DNA from: Paecilomyces variotii
Lineage: Eukaryota
Strand: one strand, 5' to 3'
Assembly: GCA_004022145.1 (NCBI GenBank)
Contig: RCNU01000002.1
DNA length: 64,000 nt
The notes beneath the pieces are model-generated. The model saw only the letters and a program-made list of their open reading frames with translations. It searched no databases and was not told the origin of the DNA. The number at the start of each line of letters is the position of its first letter. Position 1 is the first letter of the stretch. Position numbers and translations under genes: made by a program. Shown piece by piece: positions 13,901 to 26,200 of this stretch.

Positions 13901-14408
13901 TCTGGAAACCGGTTACTTCGCTCATATCTCTTCCATAATTCTGTGACTGAATTCGATCTACGGATATCGAATATATGCATCGGATTCTGGTCATCTTGCG
14001 ATGAAGATGGACCAGGAGAGGGAGGAGAGGCCCACGGCAGAGTTGAATCGAAAACAGGATCTTCCAAACGTTGAGACAGCTCCAACGATGAGCCAACCTA
14101 GTTGAAAGTATTAGCATCCGCTTGACTATATAGACTCAGTCAGTAGTACTTACAGTGATAGTCTCTCCGTCATCAGGGTCCATATACGTAAGTGCTGCTC
14201 GTGGATGGGTGGAGATTATGTGATCATATTCGGAGGCAGAAAGTACAACCACGCCATGTCGTTCATCTCTCCGTACATCGTGGGTTGTTCGGATTTCTGT
14301 ATACTTTGCTGCTGTATCCTGAGAAGTACTCTCTGCTGAGGCAACGGCGTGCAAATTCGCATTGGCAGTCTGGGAAACAAGGTCCCTGACCTTGAACGGT
14401 TGAAGCAT
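10997..14408 (-). CDS. ~1100 aa protein with N-terminal PB1-like, central RRM and C-terminal UBA-like domains; 2 introns
   Basis: Three ORFs join in frame via introns 14098-14153 (GTAAGT..GCTAAT..TAG) and 13538-13590 (GTAAGT..TAG). RNP2 TLFIGNV and RNP1 HAGFGYLHF. PB1-like YMDPDDGETITVGSSLEL. UBA-like LLELGY...AADGKIQDAIDMI. Confidence 0.8.
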
Positions 14409-15264
14409 CTCGTGTAGTGGCGACGATTCGGATAGTTGAACTCTCCGACGTTGATGGCAAGGCAACGAAACGGGACAGTAGAGTCGCAGTCGTCTTATCC
14501 ACGAGCTGTCAAGCAGGATATTGCTGAAGCTATCATGAGAAAAGACAATACACGGAGTTCTCGCAGATAGTAATGGGATAAAGAACAACAAAGATAAGCA
14601 GCTTTGGATGGCTTTGCAATAACGAGGTAGCCTAGAGCTGTTGGGGACTGCCTAATCACTTAGCCTCGTCAGACACTCATGGCATATGACCATTAGCAGA
14701 CGAGAGTGTGTACGACAAGAAATCCGAGGCCAGCAGTCACTGGCAGGACGTCTGTCGGTCGCGTACAATAATCCCGACCAGCAGAGTCGATGATCGGTCA
14801 TTGATAGACAGGCGGATAGATGATGTATAATTAGTTGCTTCACCTTCGTCTGTCTTCTCCGCCTTCTGCTGTCATTCAAGCTGCCGACTACTGCCGCCCC
14901 CGCCTTGCGATCGCCGCGCCATTCCTCTTCAGGCAGCCCGATCGACGCGTTGACGGCGATGCGATGTCTTTAAAACGGTCTCGATCTTATCATATCGTCT
15001 CGTCTCCAGATACTTTTTAACTCCTGCTATTGCGCTCTGCTTCACGAGTTATATATACATATGTCTATCAGTTGACTGCTCCCTCCTCCTCACAGTTATC
15101 GCACCTGGTTCCGAAGAAGGCAGAACAGAACCTGTCACGCGCTCGCCCTCGTTCGCGATTCATGAGTATCTATCTAGCTCAGAAATATCCAACTTACAGG
15201 GCAGTGTCAAAGTCAGATTGTCATTGGGGAACAACTTTCTGTCCCCCTCCAGCCTACTATCACT

Positions 15265-16314
15265 ATGGCCCGCAGCGATCATAAACCATCCAGCGAGCGC
15301 AATGTCAAGCACGTCGTGCTAGGAGACCTCCTCTTCAAGACCTGGTACCAATCAATATACCCCGAAGAACTCGTGCCAAAAAACACAGATCGGCTCTATG
15401 TCTGTCGCTGGTGTTTCCGATATTCATGCGACGTCCACGCCTATGCAGGCCACACCCGTGTCTGCCAGTATCGAACAACCCCTCCCGGAGTGCAAGTCTA
15501 CGAGCATGACGGATATTCAGTCTGGGAGGTAGATGGGGAGGACTCGAAACTCTTTGCGCAGAATCTGTCGCTATTCGCGAAACTGTTCCTCGATCATAAA
15601 TCCGTCTTCTTCGACGTTTCTTCCTTTCTGTACTACATTCTCACCTATGTCGACCCGGCCGATCCGGAGAATTACTATATTCTAGGGTATTTCTCTAAAG
15701 AAAAGCTATCATGGGATGCAAACAACCTTGCCTGCATCCTCATATTTCCTCCATACCAACACAAGCAGCTCGGAAAGCTTCTCATGGGCGTGAGCTATAA
15801 ACTAAGCGGCTGGGAATGGGAAGGGGGCGTTATCGGCGGGCCTGAGAGGCCATTGAGCGAAATGGGACGCCGCAGTTATTGTCGCTTCTGGGAGGAACGG
15901 ATCGCTAGGTATTGCCTAGTTGGCCCGCCAGGAGGAGGCCAGGAGGAGCTGGTGCAACAGAAGCAGAGCACAGGCAAAGGGGCGAAGAAGCGTCCCGCTC
16001 GCCAACGGATGACAGTCCGCGAAATCGGACTGGCTACGGGTATGTTAACGGAAGACGTGATCACAGCTCTGAAAGGAATGGGTGTTGTGGAGCCGCAGCA
16101 GGGCAACAAGAAGCGCAAAATAGCATCGTCAGCTGCAGAGGAACTTGCTCATAGTGAGACTGTGACGGTCCGCAAATCGAACGTGCTTGAGTGGGCCAAG
16201 ATCCACGGCGTCAGTCTCAGGGATCCTGTGAGAGAAGAAGGGTTCCTGGGACAATGGGCAACGGGGAATATGCAATCTAGTGGCCATTCAGGGTCAGAAG
16301 GAGAGAGTGACTGA
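15265..16314 (+). CDS. SAS2: MYST-family histone acetyltransferase, Sas2-like (single exon)
   Basis: C2HC finger CRWC...H...C; QNLSLFAKLFLDHKSVFFDV, GYFSKEK, NNLACILIFPPYQ, GGPERPLSEMG. No chromodomain. Confidence 0.85.
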   Translation: MARSDHKPSSERNVKHVVLGDLLFKTWYQSIYPEELVPKNTDRLYVCRWCFRYSCDVHAYAGHTRVCQYRTTPPGVQVYEHDGYSVWEVDGEDSKLFAQNLSLFAKLFLDHKSVFFDVSSFLYYILTYVDPADPENYYILGYFSKEKLSWDANNLACILIFPPYQHKQLGKLLMGVSYKLSGWEWEGGVIGGPERPLSEMGRRSYCRFWEERIARYCLVGPPGGGQEELVQQKQSTGKGAKKRPARQRMTVREIGLATGMLTEDVITALKGMGVVEPQQGNKKRKIASSAAEELAHSETVTVRKSNVLEWAKIHGVSLRDPVREEGFLGQWATGNMQSSGHSGSEGESD

Positions 16315-16618
16315 TCAGGTGGCAGTATGTCGCTTCTATGGATACTTGGGTCTGCATGGTTGGGACGGCGAGGATGCTAAAGATGATACCCCTTTTATAT
16401 TTTTTCTAATGTCAGTTTGAAAATCTGTTAACCTGACACTACCTGTCTGGTCATACATATATGATACGAATAATGGATAATATGGGCATGATTATTTCTG
16501 CATCCGTGCATCTAAAGTGGACTCATTGATACATTTATTTCAGTACACCTTTTTCCTTTTTTTGGCTGAAGAGGGATACTTCCAATATAACCTATGGAGA
16601 TGTCACAGCCCTTATGCA

Positions 16619-18573
16619 TTACTCCTCCATTCCAGCAGGACCGCCCGATTTACCCATCTGGCGTGCCTTCAGCAGCTCATCGCAGAGAAGTAGATTCGAT
16701 GCGATGCCAGTGCTAGATGCGATGCAATTCCGCAGCACACGGTACGAATCGAAGACACCCTCCTGAACAGGATCCATTGGCTCGCCGGTAGCCAGGTCGA
16801 GACCGACAATGTTGCCCTCCTCCTGTTCACCCTGTAGGGCCGCTAGCGAGTCCTGGATGTCGTGGCCAGAGTTGGCAGCTAGAGTCTTGGGAATAATGAG
16901 GAGAGCCTCCGCGAAGGCAGACACACCGAACTTAGCCTTGCCCTTGACCGTCTTGCGGAAATTCTCCGAGGAAAGGTGCGTGGCACAGGCGATCTGGAAA
17001 GCTCCTGCACCCGGTACAACGCAGCCGTCGACGATAGTGTTGTACACCGAACGCAGACCATCTCGAACAGCGTCATTGATCTGATTGATTGTGTGGGCGT
17101 TAGGGCCCTTGATGAGAATAGTGACAGACTTGGGGTCCTTGACCTCCTCGACAAAAGTGTACTTCTCCTCTCCGAGCGTGTGCTCGTAGACAAGACCGGC
17201 CCAACCAAGAACATCGGGCGTGAGGTCATCGACACTGTTCTGCGCAGTACCACCGCACACCAGCTGGAGACGTTCCATGTTCCTTCTCTTGGCTCTCCGA
17301 AGGGCAAGAATACCATTCTTGACAAGGACGTCCAGACTCAGGGGGTCGATACCCTTTTGGTTAATGACAACAAAGCCCTTCTTAGGGTCGTTGCCGCAGA
17401 CCTGCTTCTTAAGCTCCACGATCTTCTGAAGCTTTGCGTCGACGAATCTACGCTCGCTCTCTACCAGCTTGTCTCTCTGCTCGGCGCTCGAGTAATAGAA
17501 GCCGGAGTTGATCTCAGACTTTTCATACTCCAAGCTGACGTTCAGAGTCAGAATGAAAGCGTTTTCCACTCGCTTCGGCATATCAGGGTGACGAGCTCCG
17601 TGGTCGAGTGCCAGTCCGCGGATGAGCTGCGTGTCGGATGCAGTCCGGTGCTGCATCTTCATAATCTCGATCATGTGCAGGTCGGGCTTTGTAGGCTTCT
17701 TATAGATAGCGAGAACAGCGTCGACAATGTCAGGGGTCAACTTCTCGGCCAGAGCACTGTTGAGCTTTGTAGAAAGCGACGTTCGGGCCACGGAGAGCAA
17801 GAGTTCACGGTCAATATCCCGCTGTAGCTTAAACTGGTCGAGGAACTAGCAACGGGGGAAGAGATCAGCCACAGAGTCTCAACAGCATTGTTGGATATCC
17901 CCACCTTCAACGTCTCGTTCTTTGCGATTTCGTAGCCATCCGTCAGTACTCGAGGGTGCAGTCCCTCGGAGATATGGCGATCGGCTTGTTTGAGGAGCTC
18001 TCCAACCGTGAGAACCACAGATGTTGTTCCGTCTCCAGTAATATCGTCCTGGGCCGTGGCTGCACGTGCAATCATGACCTTGACAAAATATGAGTCTCGA
18101 GAAAGATTTCGGGGGACAAAAAGGTGCTTACGGCAGTGGGGTTTTGAATTTGCTATAACCGTTAGCTCAGATATCATCAGCACAGGGAGTTTTAACGAAC
18201 CATCTCTCGCAACAGAACATTTCCGTCCTTGGTGAGCTTGATCTATTCCACGGTCGAATGAGTATTCGTCACTGTATAGTTTCCAAGATGATAATAATGC
18301 GTACCCCGCCTGCACCGTCTACCAACCTAGAAGAATCCGTCAGTATCATTACTCCACCCCAGTGTCCGTCTGCTGCAACATACATCTTAATGGTCCCAGA
18401 TGGACCAAGATTCGACTTCAGGACATCTTGGAGACCCTCTCCGGCACTGATGTTTACCTTCAAAGCCTCCCCTCTCCGCTGCAAATTGTCAGTCTCTTCG
18501 TCACGGAGGGGCACTTGGGTTGGAGTCCTACCCTCGACTCGGCCTTGGGGTTGAGCAACTGCGCCGCAGACAT
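16619..18573 (-). CDS. CCT6: T-complex protein 1 subunit zeta (CCT6), 6 introns
   Basis: Spliced N-terminus [54 protein letters not shown]. Includes 21-22 nt micro-exons. Confidence 0.96.
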
Positions 18574-18943
18574 TGCTGCAAACTAAACGAGAAATCAAGA
18601 AACAAAGCCCTTCAGGAAGAAGCAAATGTTTTTGTGACTGAAGGTGATGTGATGGTAGGCCAAACTGACGACCCGCGCTGGCACGCAGCTGGTGGTTCAC
18701 CCGTCGAACGCGGTGAGCTTAGTTTTGCCCAAAAAGCCCACATTGAAGTTCGCACTAGCGCCGCCGCAGAAAAAAAAGAGCTCCGACATCACGAATCTCG
18801 ATTTCGACTTCTCCAGCCTCTAGAACTCCCCCACCCAACAGCGATTTTATTGTCGCAACACTCTGGAGTGTGGGCAGCGAGACATATCGCTCGCGTGAGG
18901 TTACTTTTTCGTCGAATTTTCGTGGCCTCAGATCAATCTCGCC

Positions 18944-20614
18944 ATGGCCGACTACCTGCTGTTCGAGAGCCCGATGGGCTACTCGCTCTTCAAGGTCGCA
19001 CACCAGGCGGACACTGTCGGAAACCGCCTCAAGGAGGTTCAGGAGGGTGTGCAGGATCTTGCGAAGTTTGGAAAGATGGTCGATTTGGCAAGTTTTCTGC
19101 CTTTCGAGTATGTCCTACGACCTCCGCTCCTTTCGCTATTACAGACCTAACGAAAAGTCTTCTAGAAACAACAAACAGGCCCTCAGTGAGATCAACGATG
19201 TTTCTGAGGGAGTCGCCTCCGAGACTCTGGTTAATTTCCTCGAGCTGAACCTGCCGAAGCCAGGCAAGAAGAAGAAGATTTCCCTCGGTGTCTCGGATAA
19301 GGCTCTCGCGGGTAGTATCAAGTCCGCTTTCGACTTCGTCGACTGCGAGACCGGCGATACCAGTGAGGTTGTCCAGGATATGCTCCGAGGCGTCCGACTT
19401 CATGCCACGAAGCTGCTGAAGCAGCTCCGCGAGGGTGATGTCGACACCGCTCAATTGGGTCTTGGTCACGCCTATTCGCGTGCCAAGGTCAAGTTTTCCG
19501 TGCAGCGAGACGACAACCACATCATCCAGGCTATCGCTATCCTCGACCAACTTGACAAGGCTATCAACACCTTCTCTATGAGAGTCAGGGAATGGTACGG
19601 TTGGCACTTCCCTGAGCTTGTCAAGATCGTCTCAGACAATCAGCGCTATGCTCAGGTTGCCCTCTTTGTGAAGGACAAGACGACCCTTACTGAGGAGAGT
19701 CTGCACGACTTGGCTGCCCTTGTGGAAGACGACGAGGGTGTTGCCAGGAGCATCATTGATGCTGCCAAGCACAGCATGGGTCAGGAAATCTCCCAGACTG
19801 ACATGGAAAACGTGGTCTCCTTCGCCGAACGCGTTGTGAGCCTTTCCAAGTACCGCAAGAACCTCCACTCCTACTTGGTTTCCAAGATGAGTGTTGTTGC
19901 TCCCAATCTGGCCGCTTTGATTGGAGAGATTGTCGGCGCTCGTTTGATCTCTCACGCTGGAAGCTTGACCAACCTCTCCAAGTACCCGGCATCTACTGTT
20001 CAGATTCTGGGCGCGGAGAAGGCGCTTTTCCGCGCTCTCAAGACCAAGGGCAACACGCCCAAGTACGGACTGCTGTACCACTCCTCCTTCATCGGTCGTG
20101 CTGGTCCCAAGAACAAGGGAAGAATCTCGAGATTCCTTGCGAACAAGTGTTCTATCGCGTCTAGAATCGACAACTTCTCCGAGACGCCCACCACCAAGTT
20201 TGGAGATGTCTTGAAGAAGCAGGTGGAGGAGCGTCTTGAGTTCTACGTTTCCGGCGCCGCGCCCACCAAGAACGAGGTCGCTATGGTAGGTTTCAATGGT
20301 CTTCCTTTACAATGTCATTCACTAACGTGGAGCAGAAATCTGCCATGGATGATATCCTGGCCGACATCGAAGTTGACGAGCAGCACAGCGATGTCGAGAT
20401 GGAAGATGCTGATGACAAGGCCGAAAAGAAGGAAAAGAAGGACAAGAAGGAGAAGAAGGAGAAGAAAGAGAAGAAGGAGAAGAAGGACAAGGAAGAAAAG
20501 AAGGACAAGAAGAAGAAGAGAAAGTCCGACGTAGGCGACGACGACGTCTCTGACAAGAAGAAACGGAAGCGCGACGGTGAGGTCGAGTCGTCTAAAAAGA
20601 AGTCGAAGGCCTAA
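18944..20614 (+). CDS. NOP56: Nucleolar protein 56 (box C/D snoRNP core), 2 introns
   Basis: [60 protein letters not shown] tail. Confidence 0.96.
20423..20525 (+). repeat. Coding low-complexity KKE/KKD repeat of the Nop56 tail
   Basis: AAG/GAG-rich imperfect 9-nt repeats encoding [22 protein letters not shown]. Confidence 0.85.
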
Positions 20615-21098
20615 TCGCTACCATATTATGGGATGGGTCGGAGTAATCGACGCGGCGTTCTTTCTGGTTGATTTTGTGATCATGTCTCGCTTTATTTACT
20701 CTTGTTATTTATGTCTCGACGGATAGGGATTTTGTTGTAAAAATACGTGTACTAGGCAGCTTGGAACTGTATCAAAAATCCGTTTAGCACTGGCCTTCCT
20801 CATAATACTCCCTTGCTTGGTGAAACTCCTCGGGAAAAGTGCGGAGAAAGTGCGGCAACGGGCAAGTATGACGCCCACCTGCTTTTCCTCCATTCCGCAA
20901 CGCTACTAGGGATTATCTCGACAAGGCCTCCCATCAACTACAGTGAAGCCGCAATGGCTATCATGCTGTCGTTATTCTGTGAAGAAGTGCTCCAGCTCAG
21001 TTGAGCAGCTCTTGAGATCTACATCCCCGTTTGCGGTCTCATCGCTCACTACTGATTTCCCCACAGTCGTCTCTAGCAGCCCCGCTAAGTAATACATA

Positions 21099-21911
21099 AT
21101 GGCAACGCTATTACCATTCAAGTCGCCGAAGCGCAAACGAGAAACTTCGGAGTCTGACTGTTATAGTCCATCTGCCTCTCCTCCATCGACTATCTCCATC
21201 TCCAGCTTTCAGGAGGCGTGCTTGCGTGAAGAGGAGGGAGGCTACAGTCCGCGAACCGCAGTCGCAGGACGTCTGCGCGAGCTTGCTATCCGTGGTGAAT
21301 ATGTTCCAAATCCAGATTTTGAGATCTACAATCCCCTCGAGGATATAAAGCAGACATCTGGCCAGGTGGCATTCGGTCTGCCTACGTCAGGAGATGCCGA
21401 TATGCCAGCATCATCTTCCTCCGCGCAAAGCGACCATGTCTCAAGCGCACAATCTAACGCCATCTCCGATACCCAAGACACAGATAGTGGTATGAAAACA
21501 CCAACCTCGTCGTCCGATGCCACACCTTCGCATAGCCCACGCAAGAAACGTCCAATAAAAAAGCCCATCAAACCGCGCAGTCGGCGAAAATCACCGCCTC
21601 TAGCTAGCAAAGCTAGCGAAGACACGCTCACGTGGCACGATTCTGAGATTACAGGACACGAGCCTAACGATCCTAATGACGATGGATATGGTATCAACGG
21701 CATTGGATTCAAACCAACGGCCGCGATAGCTTGGGCCAGGTCACAGAAGAGGCAGAAGCAAGTGTCGGATTGGAAGACACGTGAAGCCCGAGAAGAACGA
21801 GAGAGACGAAGGGAGCGGCGAGAAGGGATGAATCGAGAGAATGCTAGTAATGTACCAGAAAAGGTGGTACAAAAGAGGGTCAAATTCAGCACGGATGACC
21901 TAGTTCACTGA
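21099..21911 (+). CDS. Hypothetical protein, 270 aa, probably nuclear
   Basis: Intact ATG ORF. Basic NLS-like stretches (SPKRKR, PRKKRP). Motif-like block LTWHDSEITGH...DDGYGINGIGFKPT followed by a charged helix. Confidence 0.75.
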   Translation: MATLLPFKSPKRKRETSESDCYSPSASPPSTISISSFQEACLREEEGGYSPRTAVAGRLRELAIRGEYVPNPDFEIYNPLEDIKQTSGQVAFGLPTSGDADMPASSSSAQSDHVSSAQSNAISDTQDTDSGMKTPTSSSDATPSHSPRKKRPIKKPIKPRSRRKSPPLASKASEDTLTWHDSEITGHEPNDPNDDGYGINGIGFKPTAAIAWARSQKRQKQVSDWKTREAREERERRRERREGMNRENASNVPEKVVQKRVKFSTDDLVH

Positions 21912-22170
21912 TACGAAACTGATACGACTTTCTGCACTTGGCGCATCGGGTTAAGGATACGAGCAATCATTAGAGATTGACGGGATATGATGCTTTTTCT
22001 TCCCATTGGATTGGAGATATCAACATTGAATTGGATATATTTTACAGGTTAATAAAGGGCAAGATGCCAGTCGAACACACAATAAATGCTCCCGCCATGT
22101 CCACTCTGCAATGACCATTTTGAAATCCCTGACAACTCCTTGACTCCCATTTTTTGCGTAGGAAGAGAGG

Positions 22171-22843
22171 TTACCAGAATTTATAATTCGAAAGATTGGT
22201 CCAGCTCTTCCGTTTCCGCTCCTCCTCCTGACGCGCTGCCTCCTCGGCCTGTTTCTGCTCCTTCTCTCGTTGCTTCTTCAATTTGAGCTCCTTCATCATC
22301 TCCACAGCCTGCTTCATACCATCAATCTCCTTCACTCGTTGGCGCTGGCAAAGTTCGTAGGCGGCAATCGAAAAGACAGCAAAGGAGCCCACCGCCCAGT
22401 TACATGCTGGCCAGAGAGACTTGAGCCCTATATGAATTGTAATCAGATCGAATTGTACTTTGTCTGACAGTAACATGCATAAGTTTACCTCCAACAACAC
22501 CTCTTAGTCCACCCACGCCAAAACCAGCTCCAAGTCCGATGAGTAAGGAATCGCGCGAACATGGTGTTTTGTAGAATGATGATATCTCGCTTAGAGAGAT
22601 AGATTTGACGGTATCGGCCACCGAAATATCCTTCGCCTTTCCTCCTGCGTTACTGTATGCTCCAGGTGCCATATTAATCGGCTCTTCCGGGTTTCCAAAA
22701 GCCTCCCATAACTTTCCGACTTGCGACTTGGGAAGCTCATGCTTGGGTTTTTGGCCTGCGGCAGAGGAAGTCTGAACTGCAGATTTATCGTCGATTTGTT
22801 CTCCGGCGGGGGAGGAACCGGCATCCCGCGTGTCACCTGCCAT
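22171..22843 (-). CDS. COX20: Cytochrome c oxidase assembly protein Cox20, 1 intron (22428-22488)
   Basis: PCSRDSLLIGLGAGFGVGG, ACNWAVGSF...YELC, then a charged C-terminal helix. Confidence 0.88.
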
Positions 22844-23033
22844 GGCGAGTTTCTGGTCAGGAATTAACTGGCCGTTGATATCTGAATCTGAATCTTGTAT
22901 ATCTTCTGTATATCTTCCCCGACGAGGTCCAAACCGGCCCTCCGGGTAAAGTTTAGTTTTTCCGAGATCGGACGACCCACCAAACGCCGCGTCCCAGACA
23001 AGACAGTTTCTCCGACTGTGGAAATGGCAATAA

Positions 23034-23061
23034 ACGCGTTTAGTGGAAAACGCGAACGCGT
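23034..23061. promoter_or_regulatory. Cluster of MluI cell-cycle boxes (MCB) upstream of POL2
   Basis: ACGCGT 23034-23039, ACGCGA 23050-23055, ACGCGT 23056-23061, about 200 bp before the POL2 ATG. Confidence 0.7.
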
Positions 23062-23265
23062 CGAAGGTACCGGTAGGGACAGGGCCTTATTCTAGGCTCT
23101 AAGTCCATCAATCGCAGCGAACACATTCAACATTACTATATTGGCCACGGGACAAGCAAGAACGAGCCATGCCCTGGTTGTCTTTGAACTAATTCGAGTT
23201 GCTTTGTCCATGGTCAACTGAATTCCTTCCCCCGATACCCTTAGTCCCCAGAGGGGTACAGCGCA

Positions 23266-26200
23266 ATGCCTTCACGAAAGCCTAGCAAATATGGAAATAA
23301 GTTTCGGTCCAGCGCCGCATCTTTCAACCCCAAGAGGGCAAAGACAGTCGAATTCGCGTCTCTGCGGTCGACAGAATCGACATCTCAAGATGAGAAATTC
23401 GAAGCGATTCGACTCGCGAACACTATTGATGAGACCATGGGCTTCCCGCGCTTCGAAGCCGGCCATAAGAGAGTGGGATGGCTCATTAATATGCACAGTA
23501 CCTCTATTGAGGACCCGAAAGTCCCTGGTGGTCGTGCCGGTGTCGACTTCTATTTCCTCGAAGATGACGGAGGCAGTTTCAAGGCGACGGTAGAATACGA
23601 CCCGTATTTCATGATTGCGGCGAAGAAAGGGCACGAGTCAGATGTGGAAGAGTGGTGTAAGAGAATGTTTGAGGGCCTTATCAAGAAAGTGAATCGGGTC
23701 GACAAGGAAGATCTGCAGATGCCAAACCATCTGCTTGGATATCGAAGGACTTTCTTGCAACTTAGCTTTGCCAACGTGAGCAATCTCTTGGAGGTCCGAA
23801 AGACCCTCCTACCAATTGCGGAGAAAAACAAAAAGAACGTGAATGCGATGGATACTTATGCGGAGATGACCAGGTCTGTATATCCCAGTATTGTGTTTTG
23901 TGCAGCGTGAGTGCTAACTTGAAACTAGTGCCAACGCCGGCTTCGATCTCTTTGATGACGAACTAAATAATGACCCACGACCTAATGGCAGTGTAAATGC
24001 GAGTGATTTCATAATTGATATTCGGGAGTACGACGTTCCTTACCATGTTAGAGTGTGTATCGATAAAGGTGCGTTTCTTTATTCTTTCGAAGGCTTTCAT
24101 TGCTGACAGCTTATAGACATACGTATTGGAAAATGGTATACGGTGGAATCAAAACACGGCGTTATTTCATTGACTTGCATAGAAGAGCGACTTCAGCGAG
24201 CTGACCCTGTCGTTCTTGCCTTTGATATCGAAACCACGAAACTACCCCTAAAGTTCCCTGACGCCGTGATCGATCAAATCATGATGATTTCTTACATGAT
24301 CGACGGGAATGGATTTCTAATCACCAATCGAGAGATTGTGTCTGAGGACATCAACGACTTTGAGTATACGCCAAAACCCGAATATAGTGGCCCGTTCGTG
24401 ATCTTTAACGAACCAGACGAGAGGGCCGTTCTCGAGAGATTCTTCGGCCATATCAAAGAAGCTAAACCGACTGTCATTGCCACATACAACGGTGACTTCT
24501 TCGATTGGCCCTTTGTTGAAGCAAGAGCCAGTGTACTGGGAATCGATATGTACACCGAGATTGGCTTTCGGAAAAACAACGAAGATATCTACCAGAGCGA
24601 CCACTGTGTTCACATGGACTGTTTTGCTTGGGTCAACCGTGACAGTTATCTTCCGCAGGGAAGCAGAGGTCTGAAAGCTGTCACAGTCGCCAAACTGGGC
24701 TATGACCCCGACGAGCTGGATCCTGAATTGATGACGCGGTATGCCAGCGAACGTCCACAGACTTTGTCAGAGTATTCAGTTTCAGATGCCGTTGCCACTT
24801 ATTATTTGTACATGAAATATGTGCACCCATTCATCTTCTCTCTTTGTACGATTCTACCCCTCAACCCCGACGACACCTTGCGAAAAGGAACCGGGACATT
24901 ATGTGAGATGTTGCTCATGGTCCAGGCGTACAAGAATGAGATCATCCTGCCAAACAAACATAAGGATCCGCCAGAGTCCTTCTATGAGGGCCACCTCTTA
25001 GAATCGGAGACCTATGTTGGTGGTCACGTCGAGAGTCTTGAGGCTGGAGTGTTCCGGAGCGATATTCCAGTCAACTTTTCCGTTGATGCGACAGCTATCG
25101 ACGAATTAATCGGGGATCTCGACGCTGCGTTGAAGTTCAGTATCACAGTCGAAGAGAAGAAGTCTCTTGACGACGTCACCAATTATGAAGAGGTCAAAGC
25201 CCAGATTGTGCAGCGTCTCCTCGATCTGAAGAATACGCCCGTTCGCCAGGAGTGCCCGTCCATCTACCATTTGGATGTTGCTTCTATGTATCCGAACATC
25301 ATGACGACGAACAGACTCCAACCAGATTCAATGATACAAGAGTCTGATTGTGCAGCATGCGATTTCAACCGCCCGGGAAAAACATGCGACAGGCGACTTC
25401 CGTGGGCATGGCGAGGCGAGTTTCTTCCCGCAAAGCGCGACGAGTACAATATGATCCGGCGAGCGGTCGAAAACGAGAAGTTCCCTGGGAGGACAAAGAA
25501 ATCCCCGATGAGGATGTTCAGCGAACTAAGCACAGAGGAACAAGCTGCCGTTGTGAAGAAGAGACTGCAGGAATACAGCAAGAAAATCTACCATAAAATT
25601 CACGATAGTAAGACCGTGGAACGAGAAGCTATCATCTGCCAACGCGAGAACCCTTTCTACGTCGATACAGTGCGCAGCTTCCGAGATCGAAGATATGATT
25701 TCAAGGGGAAACAGAAAGTATGGAAAGGAAAGACTGACGCTTTGAAGTCATCGGGTGCTCCCGCTGCAGAGATTGAGGAGGCTAAGAAGATGATCGTGTT
25801 GTTTGACTCTCTACAGCTTGCGCACAAAGTCATCCTCAACAGTTTCTATGGATATGTCATGCGAAAGGGGTCTCGTTGGTATTCAATGGAGATGGCTGGA
25901 GTAACTTGTTTGACTGGTGCACATATCATCCAAATGGCGAGAGAGCTCGTTGAACGCATCGGGCGTCCTTTGGAGTTGGATACGGACGGTATCTGGTGTA
26001 TGCTTCCTGCGACATTTCCTGAGAATTTCTCCTTCACATTGAAGAACGGCAAAAAGCTAGGCATCTCCTATCCTTGCGTTATGCTCAACCACCTTGTCCA
26101 TGGCCGATTCACGAACCATCAGTATCAGACACTTGTGGACCCCGCAACCTTCAAGTACGAGACACACAGTGACAATTCTATCTTCTTCGAAGTTGATGGA

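Noticed and set aside
16976-17827. 283-aa ORF antisense to CCT6
   Set aside because: Shadow ORF caused by strong codon bias of the sense gene.
18944-20614. Intron-encoded snoRNA in NOP56
   Set aside because: Introns are only about 50-60 nt and lack C/D box pairs.
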